Positions 8,862-17,191 of a stretch of DNA of 64,000 bases are shown piece after piece. Made by a program: the position numbers and the translations under genes. The stretch is taken from positions 62,001 to 126,000 of IMG/VR virus record IMGVR_UViG_3300019458_000021; one strand, written 5' to 3'. Position 1 is the first letter of the stretch; each line of letters begins with the position of its first letter. The notes under the pieces are model-generated. The model was given only the letters and a program-made list of their open reading frames with translations, was not told the origin of the DNA and did no database searches.

Positions 8862-9827
8862 ATGAAGTGGTATGAACTGCTCATGATTGCAGTTTTAGGC
8901 GTGTTCCTTAACACGAACGGGTACGCCTTCGAAACCGAGGCTGTGCAAGAGGTGGAAATTTCGACGGTCGTGCAACCTCCACATCTTGAAAGGATCACCG
9001 TTGAGACGCAGGTCGTTCCTTTCAAGATCAATGCCAAATACGCACTTGTAATCGATCAAACAACAGGCGAAATCCTTTACGCAAAGGGCGCGGACACAAT
9101 TGTCCCAATTGCTTCAATCACCAAGCTGATGACTGCTGTTGTGACGCTTGATGCTAGTCTCGATCTTGAAGAAACGATCCAAATCTCACAGGAGGAAGTT
9201 AATGCGACAATGCTTCGCGGTCGGGTAACAAGCAAATCGTTGCCGATGGGTGCGACATTGTCCCGCGCTGAGCTTCTCCATGTTACGTTGATGAATTCTC
9301 AGAACCGTGCAGCCGTGGCACTGGCTCGAACCTACCCAGGCGGTACAGAAGCGTTCGTTGCCGCTATGAACCGCAAAGCTGAGATGCTCGGGATGAAAGA
9401 TACCAACTTCACAGATCCAGCTGGCCTGTACAATACAAACGTGTCCTCAGCAATTGATTTAGTAATCCTCCTCAGACATGCTGAGGATTATGTTTTGATT
9501 CGTGACTTCAGCACATCAGAATCGTTTGCGCTATCGATGTACTCAAAAAAGAAAAGGCGTCCACACCTTGTGAAGTTCGGAACAACAAACCGACTTGTTC
9601 GCAACGATAGCTGGGATATCGTTGTTCAAAAGACTGGTTATATTCGCGATGCTGGTCACTGCGTTGCCATGACGGCAAGAACTGTCACAAACACCATTTC
9701 GATCATCCTGTTGAACACAACGAACAACACTGCGCGCGCCAATGATGCGATTCGAATCAAACACTACATCGAGACAGGTGAAATTCTTCAACCAATGAAG
9801 GCAAAACGCAAAAAACGTCGAGCATGA
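8862..9827 (+). CDS. pbpG: D-alanyl-D-alanine endopeptidase, peptidase S11 (PBP7/PbpG-like)
   Basis: Signal peptide; intact SxxK (PIASITKLMTA), SxN (MNSQNRAA) and KTG (QKTGYI); YPGG..AFV.AMN.KA..LGM and YIETG segments as in PbpG. Confidence 0.92.
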   Translation: MKWYELLMIAVLGVFLNTNGYAFETEAVQEVEISTVVQPPHLERITVETQVVPFKINAKYALVIDQTTGEILYAKGADTIVPIASITKLMTAVVTLDASLDLEETIQISQEEVNATMLRGRVTSKSLPMGATLSRAELLHVTLMNSQNRAAVALARTYPGGTEAFVAAMNRKAEMLGMKDTNFTDPAGLYNTNVSSAIDLVILLRHAEDYVLIRDFSTSESFALSMYSKKKRRPHLVKFGTTNRLVRNDSWDIVVQKTGYIRDAGHCVAMTARTVTNTISIILLNTTNNTARANDAIRIKHYIETGEILQPMKAKRKKRRA

Positions 9828-10267
9828 AGACACTTTACACATCCTATTACGCACGGTCTGGCAAGCGACCAGGCGCAATCTCGATCAGTGCCAAAGCCCC
9901 ATTCTTCTACAAGGGTGCTGCTCGCATTGACCTTGCTCCGTCATGGGAACTACTTCGTGCCTACAAAGACGGAACGGTCGATGCATATGGTTACACGGAA
10001 TGGTTCGGACGCTTGTTAAAGGAACGAAACCTAACTCCAAAGGCGGTGATCGATAGTCTTCCAGAACACTCAATCATGTTGTGTTACGAAAAGGTTGGTG
10101 ACTTTTGTCATCGTCACATTGTCGCTGTTTGGTTGAATCAATCCGGGTTGGCGCAGGTTTATGAGCTGGAAAAAGATGGGTCATCGATGCAATCGCCCAC
10201 AAGTATCGATGATCTTATTCACTTGTTGGCCGTTGATGTGAAGGAGGAAACATCAGACAATACCTGA
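9824..10267 (+). CDS. DUF488-like protein
   Basis: YTSYYA, ISIS, LAPSWELL and LCYEK..DFCHRHIVA motifs. Confidence 0.75.
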   Translation: MKTLYTSYYARSGKRPGAISISAKAPFFYKGAARIDLAPSWELLRAYKDGTVDAYGYTEWFGRLLKERNLTPKAVIDSLPEHSIMLCYEKVGDFCHRHIVAVWLNQSGLAQVYELEKDGSSMQSPTSIDDLIHLLAVDVKEETSDNT

Positions 10268-10288
10268 TTGAACAATAAAGGAGTTCAA

Positions 10289-11002
10289 ATGAAACTCTCC
10301 CCCCAAGACCTAGCCTACATTCTCAACGTCGTCCAGACGGCCGCACTGGTTAAGATCGACAAGATCATTATCGAACCAGGCAAGATTCGCGGTGCAGATG
10401 AAGATCGTTCCATTGTAATGTTCCAAACTGACAACGTTCCAGCATTTGAGTTCGGTTCAATCGGCTTAAACCGCATCGATGTGTTACAATCTCGATACGA
10501 TATCGCTAAGAGCTGTGATAATGTTGAGGTAGAAGTGATTCCGGCTGGTGATTTTGCACGCGCATTAGTTTTCAAAGGCAAGGGAGTCAAGTTAGATTAC
10601 CGAGCCGCAAATCCAGCAACACTACACGACTCTACTCCCAAGCAAATGAACGATCCCGCCAAGTACCGTATCCAAATGTCAGCGGACGCAGTATTGAAAA
10701 TGGTTCGTGGAGCTTCGGCCATGAAGACCGACGACGTTCAATTTGTTAGCGACGGCAATGGAGTGGTGTTCAATATGGAAGATGTTGTGAACCGTGACAT
10801 GTTCACATGTGAGTTTGCACAAAAGACAGATGTAGCGAGCCTCGATGGTTCCCCCATCAAATTCTCGTATACATACCCGATCAAGAACCTCTTGGTTCTG
10901 TTGAAGCAGAACCCGGAAGGATACATTTATCTGACAGAACGAAAAGGGATTCTAAAGGTTGTTGTCAACCAACTCGATCTGTACATCCCACCAAGGACAT
11001 AA
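10289..11002 (+). CDS. Probable DNA polymerase sliding clamp (gp45-like)
   Basis: ~237 aa, alternating beta/alpha pattern, position between polymerase and RNase H; ATG 10289 after SD AAGGAG. Confidence 0.55.
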   Translation: MKLSPQDLAYILNVVQTAALVKIDKIIIEPGKIRGADEDRSIVMFQTDNVPAFEFGSIGLNRIDVLQSRYDIAKSCDNVEVEVIPAGDFARALVFKGKGVKLDYRAANPATLHDSTPKQMNDPAKYRIQMSADAVLKMVRGASAMKTDDVQFVSDGNGVVFNMEDVVNRDMFTCEFAQKTDVASLDGSPIKFSYTYPIKNLLVLLKQNPEGYIYLTERKGILKVVVNQLDLYIPPRT

Positions 11003-11003
11003 T

Positions 11004-11465
11004 ATGTGGCCACTTAAAAAGCCAAGCCGACCAACGATTGAAGAGCAACTTGCGACTATTGGCAATCGCCTCGACGCTCAAGACGCGGAAAAACAACGAT
11101 TGGAACGCGAGAAGGAAACACTTGAGCGAAAGAATAAGGAACTGTTGCAATCAATTGAAGAACTACGAGCAACGGTTACGCTCTTGGCAGAAGAAACAAA
11201 CAAACGCAAAGCTCGTTATGAAGCAAAAGAACCGTGGATCGAGATTGCAAGTGATGGGTTTGATGAAGTCAAGGGAATTGCACTTGGCCTAGATTGGAAC
11301 GATGCAATGATCCAGTACCTGAAAGACAATGGTATCACTGGGTCAAGTGACGAGGACGTGATGCGTAAGTACATTGCATTCCTGTACGAAGACCTAGTAG
11401 GAAAACTTGAAGCAGCCGTCACGGAACAATCAAGCTCTAAAGGCAAGATTGCAGATTTCGAATGA
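11004..11465 (+). CDS. Conserved phage hypothetical protein, coiled coil
   Basis: ATG at 11004; N-terminal coiled coil then EPWIEI...LDWNDAMIQYL..NG. Confidence 0.75.
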   Translation: MWPLKKPSRPTIEEQLATIGNRLDAQDAEKQRLEREKETLERKNKELLQSIEELRATVTLLAEETNKRKARYEAKEPWIEIASDGFDEVKGIALGLDWNDAMIQYLKDNGITGSSDEDVMRKYIAFLYEDLVGKLEAAVTEQSSSKGKIADFE

Positions 11466-12373
11466 TGAAATATCTTGTGTTTGACATCTCGAACATGCTG
11501 TATCGGACGTTCTTCGCCCACAAAGACCAATCAGATACAACAATCGCTGGTCTTGCAACACACTCTGCATTGATGACACTCAACAAGTACTTCCGACAGT
11601 ACAAGCCGGATCGTGTCGTTATGGCGTTTGATCACTCAAGCTGGCGGAAAGATTACACAGCAAGTGAATTGTGCATTTCTCAGAAACCGTATAAGGGCAA
11701 TCGGCGCAAGGACATGTCGCCTGCTCAGCAGGCAAAATACGAGCGGTTCTGCGGCCACCTGAAAGAGTTTGAGTCATTGATTACAAACCACTCAACGATC
11801 ATTTCTCTCGCTGGTGAGAAACTCGAAGCCGACGACCTGATTGCAGGATTTTGTGAAGCACACCAGAACGATGATATCACACTAATCAGTAGTGATAGTG
11901 ACATGCTTCAACTCCTACGCTTCCAGAATGTTAAGATCGTTTCACCGGCAACAGACAAGGAAGTAACGTTGGAAGAATATAACCACGATCCGAAGTACTA
12001 TCTGTTTGTCAAGTGCATGCGTGGTGATTCAACTGACTACATTCAATCTGCACTGCCACGGGTTCAATCAAAGCGACTCGAAAAGGCGTACAAGGATCCT
12101 TTCGAGCGGGTTCAGCTGATGCAAGAGTTCTGGATCGACCCGAAAACAAAGACAGAGTTTAAGGTGCAGGATCTCTACGAAGAAAACATCATGCTAATCG
12201 ATTTAACACAGCAACCCGATCCAGTTCGCCGCCGAATTTTTGCTGTTGTTGACGAAGCTGTGAAGAAAGAGCGAAAGTATTCGCACTTCCATCTGATGCG
12301 ATACTTGGGTAAGTATGAGCTTGAAGTGATTGCAAAACAGTTGGATACCTTTCTACCACTGTTGAGCCAATGA
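11462..12373 (+). CDS. rnh: 5'-3' exonuclease / RNase H (T4 Rnh, FEN-like)
   Basis: YLVFDISN, AFDH.SWRK, YKGNR, LEADDLIA, ISSDSDMLQL, GDSTD.I motifs. Confidence 0.92.
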   Translation: MMKYLVFDISNMLYRTFFAHKDQSDTTIAGLATHSALMTLNKYFRQYKPDRVVMAFDHSSWRKDYTASELCISQKPYKGNRRKDMSPAQQAKYERFCGHLKEFESLITNHSTIISLAGEKLEADDLIAGFCEAHQNDDITLISSDSDMLQLLRFQNVKIVSPATDKEVTLEEYNHDPKYYLFVKCMRGDSTDYIQSALPRVQSKRLEKAYKDPFERVQLMQEFWIDPKTKTEFKVQDLYEENIMLIDLTQQPDPVRRRIFAVVDEAVKKERKYSHFHLMRYLGKYELEVIAKQLDTFLPLLSQ

Positions 12374-12891
12374 GAGTTTTCGTTTATCGCAATCTAAATC
12401 GTCCAAATGCTTGTTGGTATTCAATCAAGGCACTTGAAGGACCTTACAAAGGCTGGGTCGTCGGATATGCACAGGAGTTATTGCTCTGTGATGTTAGATT
12501 CCGGGTGTCCGAGGCAGGCAGACAGCGTGTTCTTTCACAGCGACGACGCAACGTTCATGCTGGAATTGTTGGTAACGTTGTTCGTGTAGGTTCGGAATAC
12601 GAAAAACGTTACGTGTACGATGATCACCTTTGTAACACGACGTTCGATTTTGACTGGAAAACATTTCACAAGCAATATGGTGTACCAGTGACATATAATC
12701 CATACCGCATGGGTTCGTTTGTGGAACGAAAGACCAACAATCCAGTTTACGAAGCAAATTACGCTAGCCTGATTGGTTCCGACGTTCGATGTTTCAACGT
12801 CGAGTACGTTGCCGAACCAAGCCTACTCGCCCCAATGTTCTCGTTACGACTCTCTGTGCCCGTTGTACAATCCTTCGAAGTCCGCAGTTAA
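12370..12891 (+). CDS. Phage hypothetical protein
   Basis: 173-aa ORF coupled by ATGA overlap; VYRNL, FRVSEAGRQRVL..RRRNVHA and YNPY motifs. Confidence 0.75.
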   Translation: MRVFVYRNLNRPNACWYSIKALEGPYKGWVVGYAQELLLCDVRFRVSEAGRQRVLSQRRRNVHAGIVGNVVRVGSEYEKRYVYDDHLCNTTFDFDWKTFHKQYGVPVTYNPYRMGSFVERKTNNPVYEANYASLIGSDVRCFNVEYVAEPSLLAPMFSLRLSVPVVQSFEVRS

Positions 12892-12900
12892 CGCACCTTG

Positions 12901-13392
12901 TCATTTCTTCGCCTCCGGTGGTAGTGCAGCATCAAGATCTGCCTCATCCACACCAACCGTTGGTGGAGTAGGACGCAATGGCCTCTGAACTGACTGAAGT
13001 CGTTGATAGCCAGTTGGCTCATAGCCTCCATTTCCGTTACCGTTTCCATTGTTGCTGTTGAAACCACCGTAACGCGCGGAGACAAACTTGCTCCAAGCTT
13101 CAATTGCACCTACATATGCCAAGTAGATCATCAGATAATCCGGCGTCATCTTTTCCTGCAATGTCAGTTTGACAATCAGCCACGTACCAACGATCCCGCC
13201 AATCAGTTGTAGTAACTTCGTCAAACTAACAAAGTTCGTTCCTTTCATCGTGATCAGGTCGGTCCAGACTAGATTCTTTTGGCGATTCGCTTTGTAGAGC
13301 AAGTAGAAGAAAAACAAGCCCAAAAACAGAATGAACGCCCCGTACATATCGAGGTTGATTACTGGTAGCATGTCAACGACTTTTTCTAACAT
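12901..13392 (-). CDS. Membrane protein with 3 hydrophobic segments (holin candidate)
   Basis: ATG 13392 after SD AAGGAG; segments YGAFILFLGLFFFYLLY, LLQLIGGIVGTWLIV, YLMIYLAYVGAI; late motif upstream. Confidence 0.6.
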   Translation of the reverse strand: MLEKVVDMLPVINLDMYGAFILFLGLFFFYLLYKANRQKNLVWTDLITMKGTNFVSLTKLLQLIGGIVGTWLIVKLTLQEKMTPDYLMIYLAYVGAIEAWSKFVSARYGGFNSNNGNGNGNGGYEPTGYQRLQSVQRPLRPTPPTVGVDEADLDAALPPEAKK

Positions 13393-13415
13393 TTGGGGTC
13401 TCCTTATGATGTGCA

Positions 13416-13465
13416 TATTTAGGGTGTGTCGTGGGGTGTTCCTATTGGAGAAAAATACCTAAATA
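13416..13465. promoter_or_regulatory. Divergent pair of late promoter motifs
   Basis: TATTTA 13416-13421 (minus strand) and TAAATA 13460-13465 (plus strand). Confidence 0.6.
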
Positions 13466-13527
13466 CTCATGGAAAGACATAGAGTGGTATACAGGGCATT
13501 ATCGACTATGTGTAAAGGAGCGTATTC

Positions 13528-13818
13528 ATGCCACCAGTTGTACGTTTAGGTGATGTCTGCACGGGTCATGGTTGTTGGCCACCACGTCCAAATGACCAAG
13601 GATCGCCCAATGTGTTTGCAAATGGAATTCCAGCCCACCGGCTGGGTGATCACTGGTCAACACACTGCTGTCCAAGCCTTCCGGAATGTCATGACAGTAA
13701 CCTCGCAGGAGGAAGTCCAAACGTGTTCGTAAACGGAATTCCATGGGGTCGTATTGGTGATGCAGTAGCATGTGGATCCGCATGTGCCCAGGGTAGTCCA
13801 AACGTGTTTGCAAACTGA
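13528..13818 (+). CDS. PAAR-repeat spike tip protein (T4 gp5.4-like)
   Basis: VRLGDVCTGH, three GSPNVF.NG repeats, PAHRLGD, RIGD..ACGS. Confidence 0.92.
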   Translation: MPPVVRLGDVCTGHGCWPPRPNDQGSPNVFANGIPAHRLGDHWSTHCCPSLPECHDSNLAGGSPNVFVNGIPWGRIGDAVACGSACAQGSPNVFAN

Positions 13819-13826
13819 GATAGTTT

Positions 13827-15212
13827 ATGCCAGCAACTCCGATTCAAATTACTGCATTCCAAGAACTGTCCCGTGGCGGAGGTTTCTTTAACCCTATCGG
13901 TGGTTTCTACAATCCGCCAACGAATCCCGGCGTTCTTGCACCACTGTTAAGCACAGCACTGTTCACGTTTTTTGACACGATTCTATCACAAATTACCGCA
14001 GCTTCACCGTTTCTAAGCAGTCCTGCACCATGTCCAAATCCATTCCCCCCTCCGACTTGCGCCACAGTAACGGCATATCCTTCGGTGTTGGCAGGACAGC
14101 TTCAGGCAGCGATGCCAGAATACTATAACGCTTGGTATTCGATCAAAGGACGCCAAGAATCACCGAAAGAAGACCCATTATTTGCGCTTACAAAAATCCC
14201 AGGTGTGTCATCTGGATCAACAGCTGGTAGTCTTATGGAACATAGCGACAAATACTTTGGCCATCGACGTACGCCACTCCCAGGATTTTCAACCGGTGCG
14301 TGTAATTACTACAAGACGGGGTTACCACCTCTTCTTGTAAAAATCGCCAGCGCTCGTAGCGTTGACGATCGTCTCGGCCCGGAAGGACTCGATCAGACCG
14401 CATATCCTGCTTCACAAACGTTCTCAATAGTTGGTGTCGTGCCAGGCGCTGGCGGCAGCTGGTCTGTTGCCGGCGATCAAACAGCGATCTTTTCAGAAGG
14501 AGCAACTTTTGCAGTTACGGGTAATACCGGTGGCGGCAACGATGCGTACACGGTTCTCACGTCGGTGTTTATGCTTGGTGTCACTGTGATTAGTGTCATT
14601 GCATCACAGACAATTCCAGCACCATCAACACCAAATGGAACAATTGGAGCTGTGTTTGCAAAGGGATACTTCGCAGTAACTTTTCCGCTTGTTGATATCG
14701 CACCATTCAAGAATGCCTCCATAACAAAGCTATCTGGCAACAGTTGGTATGATGAAATGATCGGTATGATCACAGGTGCGGTTGATGAAGAGATTGACAC
14801 GATCATCAACTACTACACTAATCTTGGACTGACACCTGCAGGTGCGACGTTTCTAGCCACGCTTGCTATAGAACAAGCAAACATTCTCACTGAACTAGCA
14901 ACAATCGTCAGCTTCGCTACGTTCACAACTGCAACGGCCACGATTACAACTTTCGTTGCAAACATCGCTGCTGCCTATACGACAGTTATAGCAGCTTTGC
15001 CACCTCCTGTCACGGAAAGGCAGCGAATTGATGCACAAATCGTGCAAGAAAACCTCCGCTACTATGGACAGCAGTTTGTTATCCTGAACCAGGGGTCCGT
15101 CGCAGCAGGCTTCTACCAATACAAGAACGATCCTGTTGCATATCAAGTGCTGTCTGACTGCTCTAGTCCAGCAATGCTAGCGGCTTTGAACGAAGTTATT
15201 GTGTTCCCCTAA
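13827..15212 (+). CDS. Putative virion protein downstream of PAAR
   Basis: 461-aa ORF co-oriented with PAAR; carries one copy of the GNTGG.N..YTV repeat shared with baseplate proteins. Confidence 0.7.
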   Translation: MPATPIQITAFQELSRGGGFFNPIGGFYNPPTNPGVLAPLLSTALFTFFDTILSQITAASPFLSSPAPCPNPFPPPTCATVTAYPSVLAGQLQAAMPEYYNAWYSIKGRQESPKEDPLFALTKIPGVSSGSTAGSLMEHSDKYFGHRRTPLPGFSTGACNYYKTGLPPLLVKIASARSVDDRLGPEGLDQTAYPASQTFSIVGVVPGAGGSWSVAGDQTAIFSEGATFAVTGNTGGGNDAYTVLTSVFMLGVTVISVIASQTIPAPSTPNGTIGAVFAKGYFAVTFPLVDIAPFKNASITKLSGNSWYDEMIGMITGAVDEEIDTIINYYTNLGLTPAGATFLATLAIEQANILTELATIVSFATFTTATATITTFVANIAAAYTTVIAALPPPVTERQRIDAQIVQENLRYYGQQFVILNQGSVAAGFYQYKNDPVAYQVLSDCSSPAMLAALNEVIVFP

Positions 15213-15247
15213 ACCCTTTTGATTGGTTACAGTGTGTTTTCATTGCG

Positions 15248-15253
15248 TAAATA
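15248..15253 (+). promoter_or_regulatory. Late promoter motif
   Basis: TAAATA 32 nt upstream of ATG 15285. Confidence 0.6.
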
Positions 15254-15284
15254 ACCACGTTGTAGCAACAAAAGGAGAAAAACT

Positions 15285-15656
15285 ATGAGAGTTGTCAAGT
15301 CCGCAAACCACGCTCACGTCGAATGGATTGAGCTGTACAATGATGGCGTTCTGCACGAGTGCTGCGTCCTCAAAACAGATCCACAAGGCAACAAGCTGTT
15401 GTTCCCGACCAACCACCTCGACGACATCGATCGTAAGCGTCTCGCTGGTATCCTTCTCGACCGCAATGCTCGAAACTTCGAGCTGTGGGACTTGATGGCT
15501 CAGAAGACCCTTGGTAATGGTATGAATGCACTTCAGTACTTCCACCAGTACGTGAAGATTCTCACGCCACAGGGCAAGATGATCGATCCGAAGTCTGGTC
15601 AGATTGGTGTCCCAGCAGGCACGGTGAAGCTCGACGACGGCCAACCGGCTGCGTAA
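15285..15656 (+). CDS. Hypothetical late protein
   Basis: 123 aa, SD AGGAG, own late motif and terminator, C-ending codon bias like the capsid genes. Confidence 0.8.
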   Translation: MRVVKSANHAHVEWIELYNDGVLHECCVLKTDPQGNKLLFPTNHLDDIDRKRLAGILLDRNARNFELWDLMAQKTLGNGMNALQYFHQYVKILTPQGKMIDPKSGQIGVPAGTVKLDDGQPAA

Positions 15657-15673
15657 GTCAAACTGTAAGAAAC

Positions 15674-15702
15674 GAAAAGAGCCCTCTTAGAGGGCTCTTT
15701 TC
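15674..15702. terminator. Bidirectional intrinsic terminator
   Basis: GAAAAGAGCCCTC-TTA-GAGGGCTCTTTTC perfect 13-bp inverted repeat between convergent genes. Confidence 0.85.
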
Positions 15703-16914
15703 TTATGCAGTGATCAGAGGTGTACGTGCGACAGAGATTGTCAGAGTGTAGGTGATCGTCAACACACGGTTCCGTGATTTGAGAACTGGTGAGAAGATCA
15801 AGTGAGCAAGAAGACGTTCACGCTCTGTTGTTGGTGCTACAGGATTGTTCTGAACGCCAGCAGCCTTACCAGCAACAGACGTTTGAGCTGTTGCACCTGA
15901 CGGCGGATTCAATGCAGCTAGGAATGCGACTGCCGCACTAATCAAAATGCTCGAAGTTGCTCCAGCGGTTGGACTCTCAAATTTCAAGAAGCCAAACGTT
16001 TCTGCACCAGCAATAGTTGGGAATGTGCCGCCTGTATTATCAGTGATCGAAATTGTTGCACTACCCATCGGATTTACGCCCGACATGCCCCACAAAACGT
16101 CGCCTGTGTTGATTGCTTCACACAGATCGCCATAAAGGATTTCACCACCAGAACCGCTACCACCGCCGGCTGGTGTCGTAAAGGACACAGGGATCGGAAT
16201 TCCACCGTCAATTGAAATGCTGAATGAATAAGCCGTACCTGGCAGCAGTCCGCTGTCCTCTTCAGAGTTGCGTGTGCCAACGTCAAGGTATTGATAACCG
16301 CTTGTTGCGATTGCAGGGGCTCCAGCGGTATACAAACCGATTTCGTCAAACACAAAGTCTGTTTCTGTGTCGTCCGTTGGAGGAGATGAATCTGTTGCTT
16401 GCTGTGAGAGCGGCTCGTCTTGATTTAGAACGCATGTAATTACGACTTCAGATGTCAGACCAAGCTCATTGCTGCGAACACCTGGACCAGAAACGTGCGG
16501 CACAGAAGGAGGATCACTTGCAGGCACTGCACCACCACCTGGACGATCGCCCGTATTGAGGTCAGCGGATCCTGGGTCGGTACCAAGTAACGGATTCAGT
16601 GTGACCTGACCAGCGTCGATAATTTCAGAATACGTTTCATTGTAGATACGGCTATCCCATGTTGCAAGATCAGGTGGTTGGCCATCGTTTGGTGTCTTGT
16701 AAGTAATCGTGAATGCTGCATCAACAATCGTACCGCCGTTACCGAATGCCATACGGTAAATGTAGTAGTTGTGCTCATTTGACAGCGCACGGGCAAAGAC
16801 ACGTGCGAGGTTTTGTGGATGAACAGCGTTTGGCTTGGTCTCTAGCAACACATTACCAAGATCATCCACGATCTTTGCACGACCTTTAACTTCGACTGGC
16901 AGAAACGTACGCAT
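15703..16914 (-). CDS. Baseplate/tail-collar fibre-attachment type structural protein
   Basis: YRMAFGNGG, FVFDEIGL and HLIFSPVLKS.NR.LTITYTL motifs; SD AGGAG; late motif upstream. Confidence 0.7.
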   Translation of the reverse strand: MRTFLPVEVKGRAKIVDDLGNVLLETKPNAVHPQNLARVFARALSNEHNYYIYRMAFGNGGTIVDAAFTITYKTPNDGQPPDLATWDSRIYNETYSEIIDAGQVTLNPLLGTDPGSADLNTGDRPGGGAVPASDPPSVPHVSGPGVRSNELGLTSEVVITCVLNQDEPLSQQATDSSPPTDDTETDFVFDEIGLYTAGAPAIATSGYQYLDVGTRNSEEDSGLLPGTAYSFSISIDGGIPIPVSFTTPAGGGSGSGGEILYGDLCEAINTGDVLWGMSGVNPMGSATISITDNTGGTFPTIAGAETFGFLKFESPTAGATSSILISAAVAFLAALNPPSGATAQTSVAGKAAGVQNNPVAPTTERERLLAHLIFSPVLKSRNRVLTITYTLTISVARTPLITA

Positions 16915-16935
16915 TGATTATCTCCTGATTTCAGA

Positions 16936-16942
16936 TATTTAT
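16936..16942 (-). promoter_or_regulatory. Late promoter motif
   Basis: TATTTAT on + strand upstream of the minus-strand ATG 16914. Confidence 0.6.
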
Positions 16943-17163
16943 CAGTCCATCCTCTTGACGCTGGTCGTCAGTTGTTTGATCATATTGTTGAACGCAACTG
17001 GCTCGACGCGAGCATCGCCCAAATCGTAAGATTGGATGAGATCCTGATCTACGTTCGCAAAGACAAACGTACCTTTTTGCCCCTGTTTCTCGATTTTTGT
17101 CATTTGACAACCGCTTATCTTCAGAAATGCTGCTAAAACGATATCGCTAGTTTTATACTCCAC
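16942..17163 (-). CDS. DUF5659-like small protein
   Basis: YKTSDIVLAAFLK motif; GTG start after SD AAGGAG; ATAAATA at 17182-17188. Confidence 0.65.
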   Translation of the reverse strand: MEYKTSDIVLAAFLKISGCQMTKIEKQGQKGTFVFANVDQDLIQSYDLGDARVEPVAFNNMIKQLTTSVKRMD

Positions 17164-17191
17164 TCTGCGTCTCCTTTGCTGTATTTATCGC

